From positions 496,001-560,000 of the forward strand of contig MCFH01000020.1 of the NCBI GenBank assembly GCA_002104945.1: 64,000 nt of DNA. Direction: 5' to 3'. Below are positions 47,413 to 63,497 of this stretch, piece by piece; position 1 is the stretch's first letter; each line of letters begins with the position of its first letter. Origin of the DNA: Piromyces finnis finn. Taxonomy: Eukaryota > Fungi > Neocallimastigomycota. Below the pieces are notes generated by a model. That model did no database searches and was not told the DNA's origin. It saw nothing but the letters and a program-made list of their open reading frames with translations. A program made the position numbers and the translations under genes.

Positions 47413-50400
47413 ATGTTTTCAGCTATTAAGCAAACTCCACATCTTCAACGTTCAAGACAAAAAATAGTTTCATCTTCTAAAAAAGAAAATTCATATTCAG
47501 AACCAGATGAAATCTCAATTACTTCACAAAATATTGTACCATCACCTTTAAAAAAAATACCAATTACACCTCAATATCTTACATGTAATGAAAAAAGAGT
47601 TGTTTCACTTGTTGGTAACATTCCAGTTTATATTCAAGATCTTTTTAAAAAGTATTCTTATGATAAAATCACAGGTGAATTAAATTACACTTCAGGATAT
47701 GCTTACATAATTATTAGTAATAATTGCTATGTTTGGAATTATCAAAAGGTAAATAAATTTTTATTTTCATTTTTTTTTTTTCATCTAATTTATTAATATT
47801 TATATTGGTTACATTTTATTTTCAATATATATTTGATTGATCTTGATTTATTTTTGTTATTTAATATGTTATTATCAAAAAATATAATATAATAATAAAA
47901 AATAACAAAAGAATTCAAATGATGTTAAAATTTTCCAATTACCAGTTTCAAGAAAATATTTTGTCAGTTTTATTCCAATGTCAATGACCAATACTTATAA
48001 TATTGGATTAATGGTTTGTACTTATGAAGGAATTATAAAATATTGGTTTGATATTTCTTCAAATCCATCAAATTACATTTCTACAAATTTAGAATTAAAT
48101 AATGATAATTGTTCCTGCTTAGAAAAGAATGAGGTAAAGTAATTTTAATAATAATAGTAATAGTAAAAAATTGAATCATTCATTTTTTATTTCAATTTCA
48201 AATTTTTTTTTTTTTTACACAAATCTAGACTAGTAGTCTTATTGTAGGAACTACTAATGGTCATTTACATCTAGTAAATATTGTTAACCTAAGAGGAACC
48301 CCTGAATTAATGTGTAGTCAAATTATTAATTCAGTTGGTTTATTTCATAAAATGAGTTCATTTTTATTTTCAGATTCAAATAATAAAAATATTATCAAAA
48401 TTTTACCTCAACCTGAAATTAATAATCTAAGGTAATTGTTTTATTTAAATATAATTATTATTAAAATTTCATTATATATTTATAAAGAAAATCTAATAAA
48501 TAAAAATTAAACAGAGATGTCTATGTAATTACTTCTCAATCAATTCAATTATGGGAATTTAAAAATAATAATCAGGAAAAAATCATTTTTGATAAACCTG
48601 TATTAAATATTATGAATGAATTATTTATCCCACCAAAAGACCAAAATGAAATTAAAGAAAAATATAATCCAGAAGTTAAGATTATTGATTGTGATATTAC
48701 AAGGTTTATAATAGATTAATAGATTTATAATTTAATAAAAACACATCTTATGAATGTAATATTTAAAAAAAATATTTTAATTAAAAAATATTTATAGAGA
48801 AAACCAAATTTTATTTTTGATTTCATACAAGTTAAATAACGAAGTTCAAAAATATCATATGAAAAGTAATGCTATGGAAGAAGATTTAAAACCAACTTAT
48901 TCATTTGCTTTGGTTTTTTGTAATATTGAACAAGATGGCATTAAAGTTTCAAACGTTAAATTAATTGAAAAATCTGTAAATATATAAATTGCTATTATTT
49001 TAAAAATTATTTTCTTGGAATTCTTAAGTTTCAAAAATTAAACTAAATTATTTAAATTATATATAATAGGTTACTAAAAAGGATTATGAGGCTAAACTTG
49101 TATTACCAAATAGAGGACCAGTTATTTGTATATTATTTGAAAATACTATTGTTTTATCAACAACTGGAAAAGGTAAAATAAAAGTAAGATAGAAAATAAA
49201 ATTTTTGAAACTTATATTTTGAAACTTATTTATTTTATTTTTCATTTAAAAAAATAGATGTTACTTATAAAGAAATTTTCAGTATTAACAATAAACTTAT
49301 TGGTTTTGGAGTTGATAGATCAAAAATATGGAATCCAGAAGCTGATAGTCAAGAATCTATTCATATTTTATGTACAAATAAAAAAATATTCGATATTGAA
49401 ATCAGCATTGAAAATATTTATTTTGAAAATCATAGGTATTAATATATTAATAGTAATTATATATATAAAATTATAAATAAAGTTTCGAAAGTAATAATCT
49501 TAATTTTATAATATCATAATTAATGGTATGAATATAGTGAATTTATTGATACAAAGAAGGTAAGTTTATCTTATTTTAATTAAACTTTTTATTTGTTAAC
49601 AATATGTTTAATATTGATAATCATAAATTTATAATCATATTATAAATCAGCATGAACTTTACTCTTACTTAGAACAAGTTGTATTTTTCGACGATGATGA
49701 GGTTTTTATTATTATAATAATATATAAAAATTATATATAGATTTTAATTATGCTATCAATGATAATATTATTAATATTTTTTATTTTACAATAATTAATT
49801 AATATAAAAGAATCCAATTCATTTCGAACTTCCAAATTGTTCAACATCTGATCTAGAAATTGTTTCCAAGCAATTAAGTGACAGCATTTTAAATTCAAGT
49901 AAATTATCTAATTTATTTAATTTTCATTTATAATATGCATATCCTTATAATAGATTTTCTAATTATAAATATCTTTTATATTTTCATTTTATAGATTCAG
50001 AATTCTTACCACCAGTTATTGATCTAAAGAGTTACTTGTCTGAAAAATTGTTACGTCTTCAGAAAATTCTCAACTTCCTTAAAGAAAAGAATAGATTAAA
50101 TGGAGTAATTTATATATTATATATTATATTTATATTTATATTTATATTTATGATGTCTTAATTCTGTAACAATTAAATAATAATAATTTTTATTTCTATA
50201 TAAAGATTTCATTATCATCAAAATTAGGTCTTTTCTGGAATACAGAGAAAGAAGCAGCTGCAATAGAATTATGGAAATATACCAATTCTAAAATAGGGTA
50301 ATTACTAATAATATTTTATTTAGATTTGATTTCTGAAGTATTATTAATTTTTTTTTTTTTGGTTAATATATGGTATATCTTGAAATTTATGAAAACAGCA

Positions 50401-53136
50401 AAAGCGATAGTAATAGCAAACCATATCTTAATATTTTAGCTAATATTATTACTGCATTTTATAAAAACAAAAGTATTTCATCAGAAAGAGATGATACAAT
50501 AAGAAGCTTCTTTTATAATCATGTATGTATATTATATATATTTAATTATTCCAAAATAAATGATTTAATAATAAAGTTAATTTTCCTTTATTAATACTCT
50601 TAAAAGGTTGCTGATATTCCTTATCTTATAAAATTTATACCAAATGCTAATTCTGAAGTTGAACAAATTGAAATCAATGAAATTATATTAGTATGTATAA
50701 TAATTTAATATATCAAAGTGTGTGAATTATTTTATTAATTATTAAAAACTTCCTTTAAATGCATATATAACATATATATATATATAGATTATTTTAGAAT
50801 CCGCATATGCTTACAGAAAACAAAATGGTTCTGAATATGAATTAGATGATAATTCAATTTCTGGAGTCGAACCATGGACTGGTAATACATAAAATTTTAA
50901 TAAATAAAATAATTAAGAATGGATTAATAAAATATTAAATATATAAACATTTCATTATAAAATATTATTAGCTTCCGAAGCTATCTTAAATATTTTCCAA
51001 ATTAACTTTGAAAATAGTGAAGCATACTTAAATAACAATAAAATATATCCAGATGTTGAAAATTTAAAGGATGAAAATGTTATTTCAAATATCGAAAAAA
51101 GAAAGATATTAGAAGATCAATTAGTTAAATTAGCTTCAATAGTTTTGAAAATATTTAATGAACGTATTTCATTCATAAAGTAATATTTATTTATTCATAT
51201 ATATATTATATTTATTTATTAATTAAAATAAATATTAATTTAATGTATTTTTTAAAAAACATTATAACTAATGTGATAATATAATTGAATAAAAAGGAAA
51301 ACTGAAATGGTTGCTGTATTAAAAGCATTACAGGACGAATATCTTGAAAAACGTTCATCATTTATAAAACCATTGGGTAAATTTTTAAAGAATATATTAT
51401 TATATAGTATAGAAATTATTATTAATGAATTTTTTATATATTCTTTTTTTTTTAAAAAAAAAATAGGAACTATAAATAGAATTGATACCGCAATTAAATT
51501 AGCAGAAGAATATCATGATTTTGATACATTAGTTGAATTATCAATTAATAATGAAGAAAAACAACATTACTATATTGATCAATATGGTAATGAATATGCT
51601 GATATATTATATGACAAATTACAATTGAAAAACAATTATTATAAACTTTTAGAACAAGATGATAAATATAATACTACATTGAAAAACTATTTTGATAAAA
51701 AAGATATTCCTTTAATATCATGGATTCATGATATAAAATTAAAGAATTATGGTAATGCTCATAGAAAATTAATAAAGTCAGGTGGAATTATTAAGCAATC
51801 TCAAAGAAAGGTAATTAATTATTAATTTAGTAATTATTTTTTTTATATGATAAATATAATAAGAAAATAGTAATGCGATAAATACTTTTTAATATATATT
51901 ATTATTACAGCAACAATTAAGTATTGCTAAATTAGCTCTTTTAGCTGCGAAAAAAAGAGAAAATTTATCTATTAATAAAGACGATAATAAAGCTCAAGAT
52001 TATATTGAAAAATTACATAGTAAATAAGAATTATTAAATATTTTAAAAATTAAATATAAAAGTCTAATAAAAAAATATTAATTTTTTCTTCTTAAAAATA
52101 TACTATATAAAAAGAAACTGCTTTCCAATTAAAATTTGTTGACGTTTTAAATGCTTACAGAGAAAAATTAATCAATAATTTCAGAGATAATCCAGAATAT
52201 AAGGATTTAAGCGAAGAAGAAAAAAGTAAACCTGAAAACATAATTAATGCATATTATCAAGATGAAAGTGATCAATACAAAAATGACTATAAATCATTTT
52301 ATGAACTTCACAAAAAATATTCAAAAGAAATATTGAGTGAAAATATGATCAAGCTTGATGAATTTATTGATTTTTTGACCTTTGAAGGTCTTCTTTTAAA
52401 TGGTGATAATTCAATTGAAAATTTCTTATATGCCATACAATTCTATAGATACTTGGAGGATGTACGCATTTATATATACTTATAATTATAGTGATGATTT
52501 AATTATATTTTCGGGCTATACTAATTTATAATATAATAATTTTATTAAAATTTAAAAATAAAAATAGGAAATGTCTAAAGATGATCGTGAATGTATTTTA
52601 CAAGGTTTATGGAGAAGAGCCTTAATAAATACAAAGTAAATGTTTAATAATATAGGATCTTAATAAAAGTATAAAATATATTTTTTTAATAATTTTTAAT
52701 ATTTTTTTTTTAATTTAGTTGGGATAAATTAAAAATGGATATCAACGATGAACAAATTAACGATATGCTTGAAAACACTGCCTTCTTTAAATTAATATTA
52801 TACTTAAAATCAGGTAAAGTTAAACATATATTTATATATGTAATAGAGAATGATATATAAATAAATATGAATTTTAATACTAATTTAAAATTTTATTAAT
52901 TATATTCATTCGCTTACTCATTATTTTATTTACAACAAATAGAAAAATTATTTAAATATATTAGAAAACCACAAGATTGCTATGAAATCCCAAATCTTGA
53001 TAAAAAGTATCCATGGGCATCAGAGGAAGAAAAATTATCACTTTCTGAAGAATACAAAAAAGAAAAACAACAATTAGGATTCTTTATTACTCATTTTAAT
53101 ATTAATGATATTATAGAACAAATTATTAATTCTTAA
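47413..53136 (+). CDS. NUP133: Nucleoporin Nup133
   Basis: Multi-exon gene. N-terminal propeller motifs (YAYIIISNNCYVWNY, GLMVCTYEGIIKYWFDIS) and C-terminal helical motifs (LAEEYHDFDTLVEL, ISWIHDI, LSIAKLALLAA, LWRRALI). Ends IINS* at 53136. Confidence 0.85.
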
Positions 53137-54880
53137 ATATTTTGTATTTGTTTTTTTTTTTTTTTTTTTTATAGTAATCAGTTTTAATATTACTTCATTT
53201 TATTTATTATTAAAATAATTAATCATTTATATAAATGTTATCTCCTAAACTATTAATTTTTATATATTATATATAATTTTTATTTTATAGTCTTCATATA
53301 ATTATTATTAACTTTTCATTTTTCATTAGAAATATATATAAATATATATATTAATATAAATAAATTAAAAATAAAATAAAAAAAAAATCTTTAAAGATGA
53401 TTTTAAAATAATAAATACAAATATATATGTTTTCAACTTAATTATCTATATTTATAATTTTAAGTAAAAAGAAAAACTGAAATGAAATGTTTAAAAATAT
53501 TTATTTAAATTTGATATATTTTTAACAAATATCTTTGTATTTTCATCTAACAATATTCTTACTGAAACAAAATTATTATTACAAACAATAATAATTAAAG
53601 ATCTATATATAATGGAATTTTTTTTTTTTTCTTTTCCCGTCAAAACATAATAGATGATACACTTATCTTTATATTTTTATTTTTATATTAAATATAACAC
53701 TAACCCTATATACACAAGAATAAGTTTTAATTTTTTTGACACTTTTATGTATAATCAATTTTTAGTGAAAGATATATTAATTTTTTAAATTTTATAATTC
53801 AATTGAATCGATCTCATAATTAATCATATAATACCAATATATTGTAATAAATATATTATTTAATTTCAAATTTACTGAACAATCTAAATGTTTAAAATTC
53901 TATTTATTATTGTTTTTCTCTTTTATATAATAGTTAATTATATTTTTTATAATATATATTTAATTATTAACCATATATTAGTAAAAATATTTTTATTTTT
54001 TTTTATTACTATTTATTTTTATTGTATAAAAATAAAAGTAATTTAACATTTACTATTCTTACTTTTGGTTGAATCACCTAAAGAAATTTACAATTCTTAT
54101 AGAAAGAGTAAAAATTTAGAGGAAACAAAAGTACAATTATTATTTATTGTAAGTATACTAAATATACTAAATATATTATGCATTATTTATATTATATTTT
54201 TTTTTTTTTTTTTCATTTTTAATTTTTTGTTTATTTATTTGAACATTTTATTTATGTAAAAAGTTTATAAATTTAAGTTAAACAAAAATTAAAATGAAAT
54301 CTTAATTTTCACTTCAATTTTTAATTTTAATATTTACTTTTTTTTTTTTTTCTCTTTTCTTTTTTAAAGATTAATAATTTATTGGGTTAATTAATAATTT
54401 TTATAATTTTATTTGTATATTATATTACTATTTATTTTTTTATTTTTTAATTACTAATTTTCTTTGTTTATATTTTAATTTCTAATTTTGTTGTAAATTT
54501 CGAAAAAATAAATTCTATCTAAAAAAAATATATATAATTATATAAAATAATCTAATAGGTTCAATATTGATATTGTAAAATTCTATACATATGTAAACAT
54601 TTTGTTATAAGAAAACGACAACAAAATACAATAAATAAATAAAAAATATATAAATAAAATAATATAAAATCAAATGAAAATATACACAAATTAGATAAAG
54701 TAAAGGTAATATTAAGTAAAGAATACTATAAAATTAAATAATAAAAAAACTTGGAACTAACTATGAAAAAAAAAAAAAATAAATTTCAAAATCATTTATT
54801 TTTCAATTTATATTGTTAAACAAAATGCAGAATAAAATTTCCCACCACTTGAGTAACAGAAATAATTTTTTTTTTTTCAT

Positions 54881-57800
54881 ATGAATCATTCAACCTTAAC
54901 TTTACAATTACACTTAGCAGAAGTTTTAGCAACTTCTCCAAGAAAAGAATGGAAGAATATTGAAAAATTTATGACCTTTAAGGTTCCTGAGGATAATAAA
55001 ATTGAAATTATTGTAAGTTATATTATTATTATAATTATTATTATTATTATTTTAATTATACATATATATAATAAGTAATGCATAATTTTAAAGGAATTAA
55101 ATTAATCCTAACTACCTTATAGTTTAAAAATTGATGTAGTATTTAATAATATTTTATTAATAATAATATACCTATTATTATTATTATTATTATTTTTTAT
55201 AATATTGCTATTTATATTATTATAGCCATCAAGAACTCAGGAATCAATTTTTTCTTTGGCTTATTATTTAGAAAAATCAGACGGTACTCATGTTGAAAAA
55301 ATCCTTCCATATTTAGTTAATTGCTATAAATATATTGAAAGTATTTCCATAAATGAAAAACTAAGAATTGAAGGTACTTTTATTTTTTTCATATTTTTAT
55401 TTTTATATTTTATATATTTATGAAACAATAATATATATATTGATATATATTCATATTTTATTTTAGATTGCTATTCAATGCAGTTTTTTTCTAAGGCGTT
55501 ATTAGAAAAATTATTTATGTTTGCCGAAAAAAATAATGAATATAAAGATAAAGTAAATGAATTAGCATGGGATTCACTTACACTTCACACTAAAATATTC
55601 TCTGAAATATCTGAAAGTAAATTAAGAAATTAAGAGAAAATTCATTTTTTATTATATAATATTATCATTATATTAATATATTAAGCAGTAAATATAAAAT
55701 AAAATCTAAATTAAAAATGTACATTATAAATAATTTTAATTATATTTTAAATTATGATCTCGGTTATATAGAGGAGACATCAGTAAGCTATTCTACTCTT
55801 ATTTTATATGGAATCATTCAATTATTACAAATTATTAATTGCTATATTGATAATTGGTCAGAAGAATATTTAGAAAAAACACATGAATTATTTACAATTT
55901 TTGTTAAATCATCTTCATTAAAAACTGTTCATGCTATTTCAACTTATACTTTTCAAGGATCAAAAGAGAATTCAATTATTATCAAATCATGTAGAGAATA
56001 TGTACCTTTTTTCAACAAAAGACATATTATTGAAACAGGATTATCTCAAAGTAAATTAATTGGACTTGTATTTAAATTTTTGAAGAAAATTTTAATGACT
56101 GATATTAAAGAAGCATATAAAGAAAAACAGAGACAATTAAATCAATCTATTCATCAAGAAAGATTATGGAATATATTATCTTATAATAAAATTAGTTTTA
56201 ATTCTTCATTTAAGAATGAAACTGTTAATGAAATATATCAGACCTCCATTCGTTGGTTTTCCGAATATACTCAATTTATATTTAATTCATTATCTAGAGA
56301 TGATAATATAGCCGATCAAGATCTTTATGCTTTCACCACAGTTCTTGTAAATACCATATTTTTTTTTATATTCAAATATGATTAAAACATGAATTATATA
56401 TTATAATTTTTTTTTTAATTTTTTAATAATATTTATATTATTAACTTGCTTATATTATTTATATTTATAATTTCAAATATTTATTTATTAATAGAAAACA
56501 ATCATTATATCATCATTACATCTTAAACATATTGATGAAGACTTTGTTAATAAATTAAAAAATATTATATTAGATACAACCAATATTCCAAAATTACCAA
56601 TGACAGTAGCAGTATTGGAAGCTTTAGGTGTCATTATGATAAAGTAAATAATTATTAAATTATTGATATAATCAATTTTTTTTTTTTTTTTTAGATATGA
56701 TGAATTATGCGTATTAATGAAATATTTTATTTAACAAATGTAGCTTTGATAATTTACAAACTACAGTTTCGTTAGTTATAAAAAGCTTTTTAATTCAACC
56801 ATCAATATCATTCACTAAACTTGATAATACTTCTGTTACAATCTTAAGACAATGTGCTGCTGATTCAATTTCTTTAGCACTTAAAGTAAATATATTTTAG
56901 AATTTATGGATTATTAATACTTTATATTCTAATAATTAATAATCATTCTTTTATTTTTATTTATTTATTTTTTTGTTTTAAAATATAATTAATAATAATA
57001 ATTTTAATCTAAATTAAATAGGGTATAGATAGTACAAAGTTATCTAAAGCAGTATTAGTACATTATTGTGATGAACTTTATGGTATATCAAAGGAAATTT
57101 CAGGTGTTAAAACCATTATTTACCATAATGTATTAAAGGCAATTACAAGCATTGCTTGCCAAATAAATAAGAAAGAAATTATTGATATGGCAGTTCCAGC
57201 TTTAACAAGAAGATTAAATGAAAATGAAGATCAAATAAATGCTTTATACTGCTTAGTTGAAATTGCATTAACAAATGATGCTACTGTTTTCCGAGATATT
57301 ATTAATCTTTTATCGGAAATTAGTAAGCAAGAAAACTACGAAAATAATAATAAGGTTAAAATTGTAAGTTAACTGATTTTAAATATATACATATTTTTTT
57401 GAATTAAATATTAGTTAAAATAAATAGTTAATAGTAATTATACATACTTATATATATTAGATTTATCAATGTTTCTTAATTATCGCAAGAACTCCAAACT
57501 TACCACCTAAATTCTATGAATTATTGCTTGAAAGCTTATTATTTATATTTGTTAGTAAAACTTTGCTTTTACCACCAAAGGTCTTAAAGGTATGAATAGT
57601 TAAAAAATTTAATCAATTCAAAACAATCTCAACAAGTTAATTGATTAATATATATATTTTTTATTAATAGCATAGAGTAAAAATTGACGAATTTACTCCA
57701 TTATTAGTTATATTGAAGGAATTATTCTCACATGATTTAATTCATCCAGAACTTAATTGTAGTAATGAAATGAACGTTGCATTCAGAAATTTCTGGTTCT

Positions 57801-60800
57801 ATTGTATATTACTTGGTTTTAGAAATGGTCAATGGTATTCCAACTGGCAATTTATATTAACCACAATTTCTAAATATACACCAACCTTGTTAATTTCTGG
57901 TAGTAATGCAAACTCATTAGAAACTATTTTAGAATCAAATTCAATTTTAAGACAAAAATTTTCAGATGGAGTAGGTTTATTATTGATACTTAAAATTAAT
58001 AAATGTTTAATCAAATATTTATTTTATTTTCTTTCATCTATTTATTTTTATTATAAAGTTGCAAGCTCTCATTAAAAGTGAATGCCAAAATGTTGTTTTA
58101 AAGTCTACTGATATTAATGGATTATCATTTATCCAATCAGCTTATTTACTAACAGTACATCAATTAGAATCGATGAGAATGGATAAATTAGATATTACAT
58201 ATATTTTCCAATACATTCTAAATGAAGCAACAAACAATAGTGGTATTACATCTGCAATGGATGCCCTTTCTGATAAGGTAATTATTTAATACTGAAACTT
58301 TTAATTTGATAGAATAAAATATTATTTTTCTCATTATTAATTTTAATTTAAAATAAATACCAAAAAAACGAACAAAAAAAAAAAAACAAAATAAAACAAA
58401 ATATTTTAATTTATACAATACTATTAGATTCTTGATATTTATTTGAAGAAACAAGAAGCTTCTATTGGAACTAAAGAATTTACAGAAAATATTGAAAAAC
58501 AAATTGGTTTTATTGTTACTAATGCTAGTCACCGTTTAAAGAGAATAAGAAACTTTTCAAGACGCTATCTTGAAAAGATTGTTAAAAAATTCCCAAGTGT
58601 TTTGATGAACAAAAAAACCTTATATTTAATGTTAAATATATTAATTGCATTAACATCATCTTCATCTATTAAATCTTCAGAAGTATATATCTTTTCTTTT
58701 TTCTATTAATTTAAAATTATTGCTTTAAAAATTTAATAAAAATATGTATTGACTAATAATTTAATATTTTTTTAATAGAAATTATTTACAGATCATTCTT
58801 CTATTAATGATCTTACTTCATATTTGGAAGTAGCAGATGGCTGTGATCATAAAAAAGAATTAGCAAATGAATATCTTGGCTTATGTAAACAATGGATTGA
58901 ATATGCTTCTAAGGTTTCTTCATTTGAAATTAATGGTCTTCTTCAAAGTTATTTATTAAATATCCATATTCCAACTCCAGGTTCAGAAAGATTTATTGGT
59001 ACTGGTGTTACCAGTAAATTCGGTGATATGTTTGGTAGCAAATGTATATATTATATAATTTATTTCTAATAATATAAATTCTTATTTATGGTTTAAAAAA
59101 CACTAATAACAATAATAAATTAATTAATATTAATATCACTAATACTAATAATTGTTACTATTAATATGTATACAATCTAAGTTATTAATTCTTCATTCAT
59201 GAATACCTTTTCTCTTCAGTCCTACTGCATAGGAAAAGTCTTAGGTATTCGTGATGCTGTTAGAGAAAACTGTAAGTTTTTTTTTTATTATTTTTTAACT
59301 TTTTTTTTAGACCTGAATGAAAATATTTAGAATATATTTATTACCTTATTGTAGTAATGTCTGAGAGCTCAATATTAGCACAAATGAAAGGAAAATTACA
59401 ATGCTTTGATAAAGAAACTGATCCATCAAAGGTTGTTGAAAAATTCACATCCGAGTTATATATGGTTTGTGCTTATATTATTGTATCAGAAAATGTTGAT
59501 AAAGATTTATTACAAGATGTTTGTTGGGTTCCAATTCATATGTTTAATGCCAAAATAATGGCTGTTGCAAAAGCAGCCTGGATTTGGCTTATGACTACAA
59601 GACCAGAATTAAGTTTAATTATATTAACAGAATTACTTTCAGCTTGGGAATGGTCTAAGTTTAAGAAGAGAGGAATATTTTCATTAAGTAAAAAGTAAAT
59701 ATATAAGATCATAATAATATTAGTACAATTTTTTTATAAAAACAAAATAAATTAATTGTTTATTATTAATCATTTTGATTTAAGGCGTGAAGACCCATTT
59801 ATGCATCGTATTACATATACTGTTCCAGCAAAAAGAAAGCCAAAGGCACATTTCGCTGAAGTACATTCAATTTGGGTAGAATTTTTATCTGATAGATATA
59901 ATGTTCTAAAATATAATGGTGATGTCTATGATAAAGTATTTATGAAATTAATACAAATATCGTTTAATGACGATGCTTTAAGGTATAACAAATATGATAG
60001 TAATAGAAAAATTACTATATATAAATTAAAAATCATGTTTTAGTAATATTTATTTATATTTATTTATAATATATTAAATAGTAATAATATGTATGCCAGA
60101 AAGACAACTTTCCAATTATTAACCTTGGGTATGAAGATAATTCAACATCAAAAACAAAGACATGATGATGCAAAATATGAATTATTATTGAAGAAAGAAT
60201 TATATGAAGTAGCCTTCTCATGGTTCAAAGATCCATCTGTGTATATATTTATTGAATTATTTTTTAATTATATACTTTTAAAACCTTATGTGAATAAATA
60301 AATAAATAAATAATTATTATTATATTTTGAATTAATAGATGGGGTGACAGTAATGATAAACAAACCTTAGAAAATGAAATAAAAGCCATCGATGAATTTT
60401 GTCAAGTTATTAAGACAGATGTTAGAAACAATTATTCAACTTTAAGAAGCATAGAAAAATTTAAGACTAATAGTATTGTTTATAAGATGATTTTCCAACA
60501 ATATAGTAAATTAAACTTTGGTAAGATTCAATTATTATCAGGAAGTTGTAAAAGTATATTTTATTAAATTTTAATTGGAATAAAAATTTTATTTTTAAAT
60601 TATTTTTATAGAGCAATTTACAAAGAATATTATGAAAATATTTGAAAATGCACAAGAAATATTATTACTTTTACTTGAAGATGAACTAAGACATTTAGAT
60701 ATTTGGTATGATCCAGAAAGAAAACAAACTAAAAAAATTAATATTCCAAGTAATATAAACTTCAATAAGGTAAATGTTATAAATATGAATCTAAAATATA

Positions 60801-63272
60801 TCAATATTAGTAAATTAAAATTTATTATATATATTTTAATTATAGAATAAATGGGGATCATTAATTCAAAATGCATGGAATATTTCACCATTACTTGCTT
60901 CCGAAATTCCAAATAAATTTAAATTACCAGTTTTACATAGTGAATTAATAAGATTTATAACAACAAATCCATTAGCTGTTATTGACAGTACATCAGCATT
61001 AGGAGAAGTAATTAGTCAAAAATGCAATATTAGTAATAATTATGGATTCCGTGTAAGTTGGCCTTTATTAATTGTAAAAAATTTAATACTCAATAAAGAA
61101 TATTCAATTAATATTTTTATGATTATAATTTAATTTTGCAAGTCATTATTATATTGGACACATGTATCACCAATTCATGCAATTTCCTTTTTAGCTAATC
61201 AAACAGAAAAGAATCCATGGGAAATTCAATATTCATTAAGAGTATTAGAACACTTCCCAGCTGATATGATCTTCTTCTATGTACCACAAATTGTTCAACT
61301 TTTAAGAAATGATCCATTAGGTAATTATATCATAAAAACTCATATATTTAGATATTTATAAAAGTATTAATATTTTTAATTATAATTGATATAGGTTATG
61401 CTGAGCACTATATTTTAAAGACAGCTAATTCATCACAATTATTTGCTCATCAAATTATTTGGAATATGAAAGCTAATATGTGTATTGAAGGAAAAGATGG
61501 TGCTATTATTGTAAGAATTATTCATATTTTAGTATCTGATTAAATTATCAAAACAACTCTATAAATGATTATAACTATAAATTTAAATATAAATAATATC
61601 CCATAAAATCATAATAGGCGGATAAAATCAAGCCAGTACTTGAACGTATAATTGAAAAAATTGTTAACCCATTATCTGGTTCCGATAAAGAATTTTATGA
61701 AAGAGAATTTAATTTCTTTAATGAAGTTACTGGTATTTCTGGAAAATTAATGCCATATATTAAATGTTCTAAACCAGAAAAAAAGAAAAAAATTGATGAA
61801 GAAATGGCCAAAATTAAGGTTGATGTTGGTGTATATTTACCAAGTAATCCAGATAGTATTGTTGTTGATATTGACTATAAGTCTGGTATTCCATTACAAA
61901 GTCATGCTAAGGTTTGTATTGGTTTATATAATATATTTAAATACAAATACAACAAATTATTAAATATACTAATATTGAATATATATATATATAGGCTCCA
62001 TTCTTAGCTACGTTTAAAACTAAACCAAGAAGCGCTAGCGAAGAAAATAATGAAGAAAATGAAGATAATGAAATTAGCGAAGAAGAAGTTTCTACCAAAG
62101 AAATTTGGGAATCCGCTATTTTTAAGGTGGGAGATGATTGTAGACAAGATATTCTTTCTTTACAATTAATTGCTATCTTTAAGAGCATTTTTGTAAAAGA
62201 TGATTTAGATATGTATTTATATCCATATAGAGTTGTTGCTACTGATACTGGAGTAATTTTTTCTTTTCTTTTCTTTTTTTATTATAAATAATTATTTAAT
62301 TAAATGTTATTAATTTAAAATTTATTATTATGTATTATATAGTGTGGTGTTATTGAATGTATTCCAAACTCTATTTCTAGAGATCAAATGGGTAGAGAAA
62401 AAGTTAACAGTTTATATGAGTAAGTCTTAAACAATAAGAAATATTGTTATTGTTATTAATTTTATAAATAATTTGTAACATAATTATTAATGATTTTTTG
62501 AATATTATTTATTAAAAAATAGTTATTATGTTGTAAAGTTTGGTCATGCTGATACTGTTAGTTATCAAAAAGCTAGAGCCAATTTTATAAGAAGTTTAGC
62601 AGCATATTCTTTAGTCTTATATATGCTTCAAATTAAGGATAGACATAATGGTAATATTATGTTTGATAGCGAAGGTTATATTATTCATATTGGTAAGAAC
62701 CCCTTTTTATTTTACTTTTTTTTAAAACTAAATTTGTAGTGTTTATAATTTATTAATAATACATATTAATTGTATAAAAAACAGATTTCGGTTTTATTCT
62801 TGATATTTCACCTGGTGGTATTAATTTCGAAAATGTTCCATTTAAATTAACATCTGAAATGCTTGAAGTAATGAGAACTGAAATTGAATCACAACCATAT
62901 GAATGGTTCTGTGAATTATGTATTCGTGGTTATTTAGCTATTAGGTAAGTAATTATTGTATTATAAAGAGTATAAGCAATTATATTAATTAGGCTTTTAT
63001 AATTTCTTTTTAATATTAAATTAAATTATATTTATAGACCATATGCTACTCAAATTATTGAAATGGTTTCTTTAATGCAAGAATCAGGTTTACCTTGCTT
63101 TAGAGGAGAAGTTACTCTTAAAAAGTTAAAGAGTCGTTTCCAATTAGATCTTACAGAACAACAAGCTGCTGAATTCATGTCAGAAAAAATTCAACAAAGT
63201 AAACAAAATATTCGTAGTGTTGCATACGATCACTTCCAAAAGATTCAAAACGAAATTCCATATCATAGATAA
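54881..63272 (+). CDS. STT4: Phosphatidylinositol 4-kinase III alpha
   Basis: [16 protein letters not shown] accessory-domain [75 protein letters not shown]. Ends QNEIPYHR* at 63272. Confidence 0.95.
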
Positions 63273-63457
63273 ATATTCAATTTCATTTATATATATATTC
63301 TAATACAATAACAAACCAATAAATAATACCTATAATAACAATAACAAAAACAAAACCAACAATAAAACAAAAGTTATAATTGATTGTTAATATATTTTAT
63401 TATTTATTAACAATAAAAAAAAATTAATTATATATAAACGTTTTCTTTTTTTAATCT

Positions 63458-63461
<4 letters not shown>

Positions 63462-63495
<34 letters not shown>
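63462..63495. repeat. Short (AAT)n microsatellite downstream of STT4
   Basis: Read directly. Confidence 0.8.

Positions 63496-63497
<2 letters not shown>

Noticed and set aside
53701-53708. TAACCCT telomere-like words (also near 39795 and 40233)
   Set aside because: Isolated single copies, not arrays.
54065-54259. 64-aa ORF upstream of STT4
   Set aside because: It has a TTG start and runs into poly-T; at most a 5'-UTR exon.
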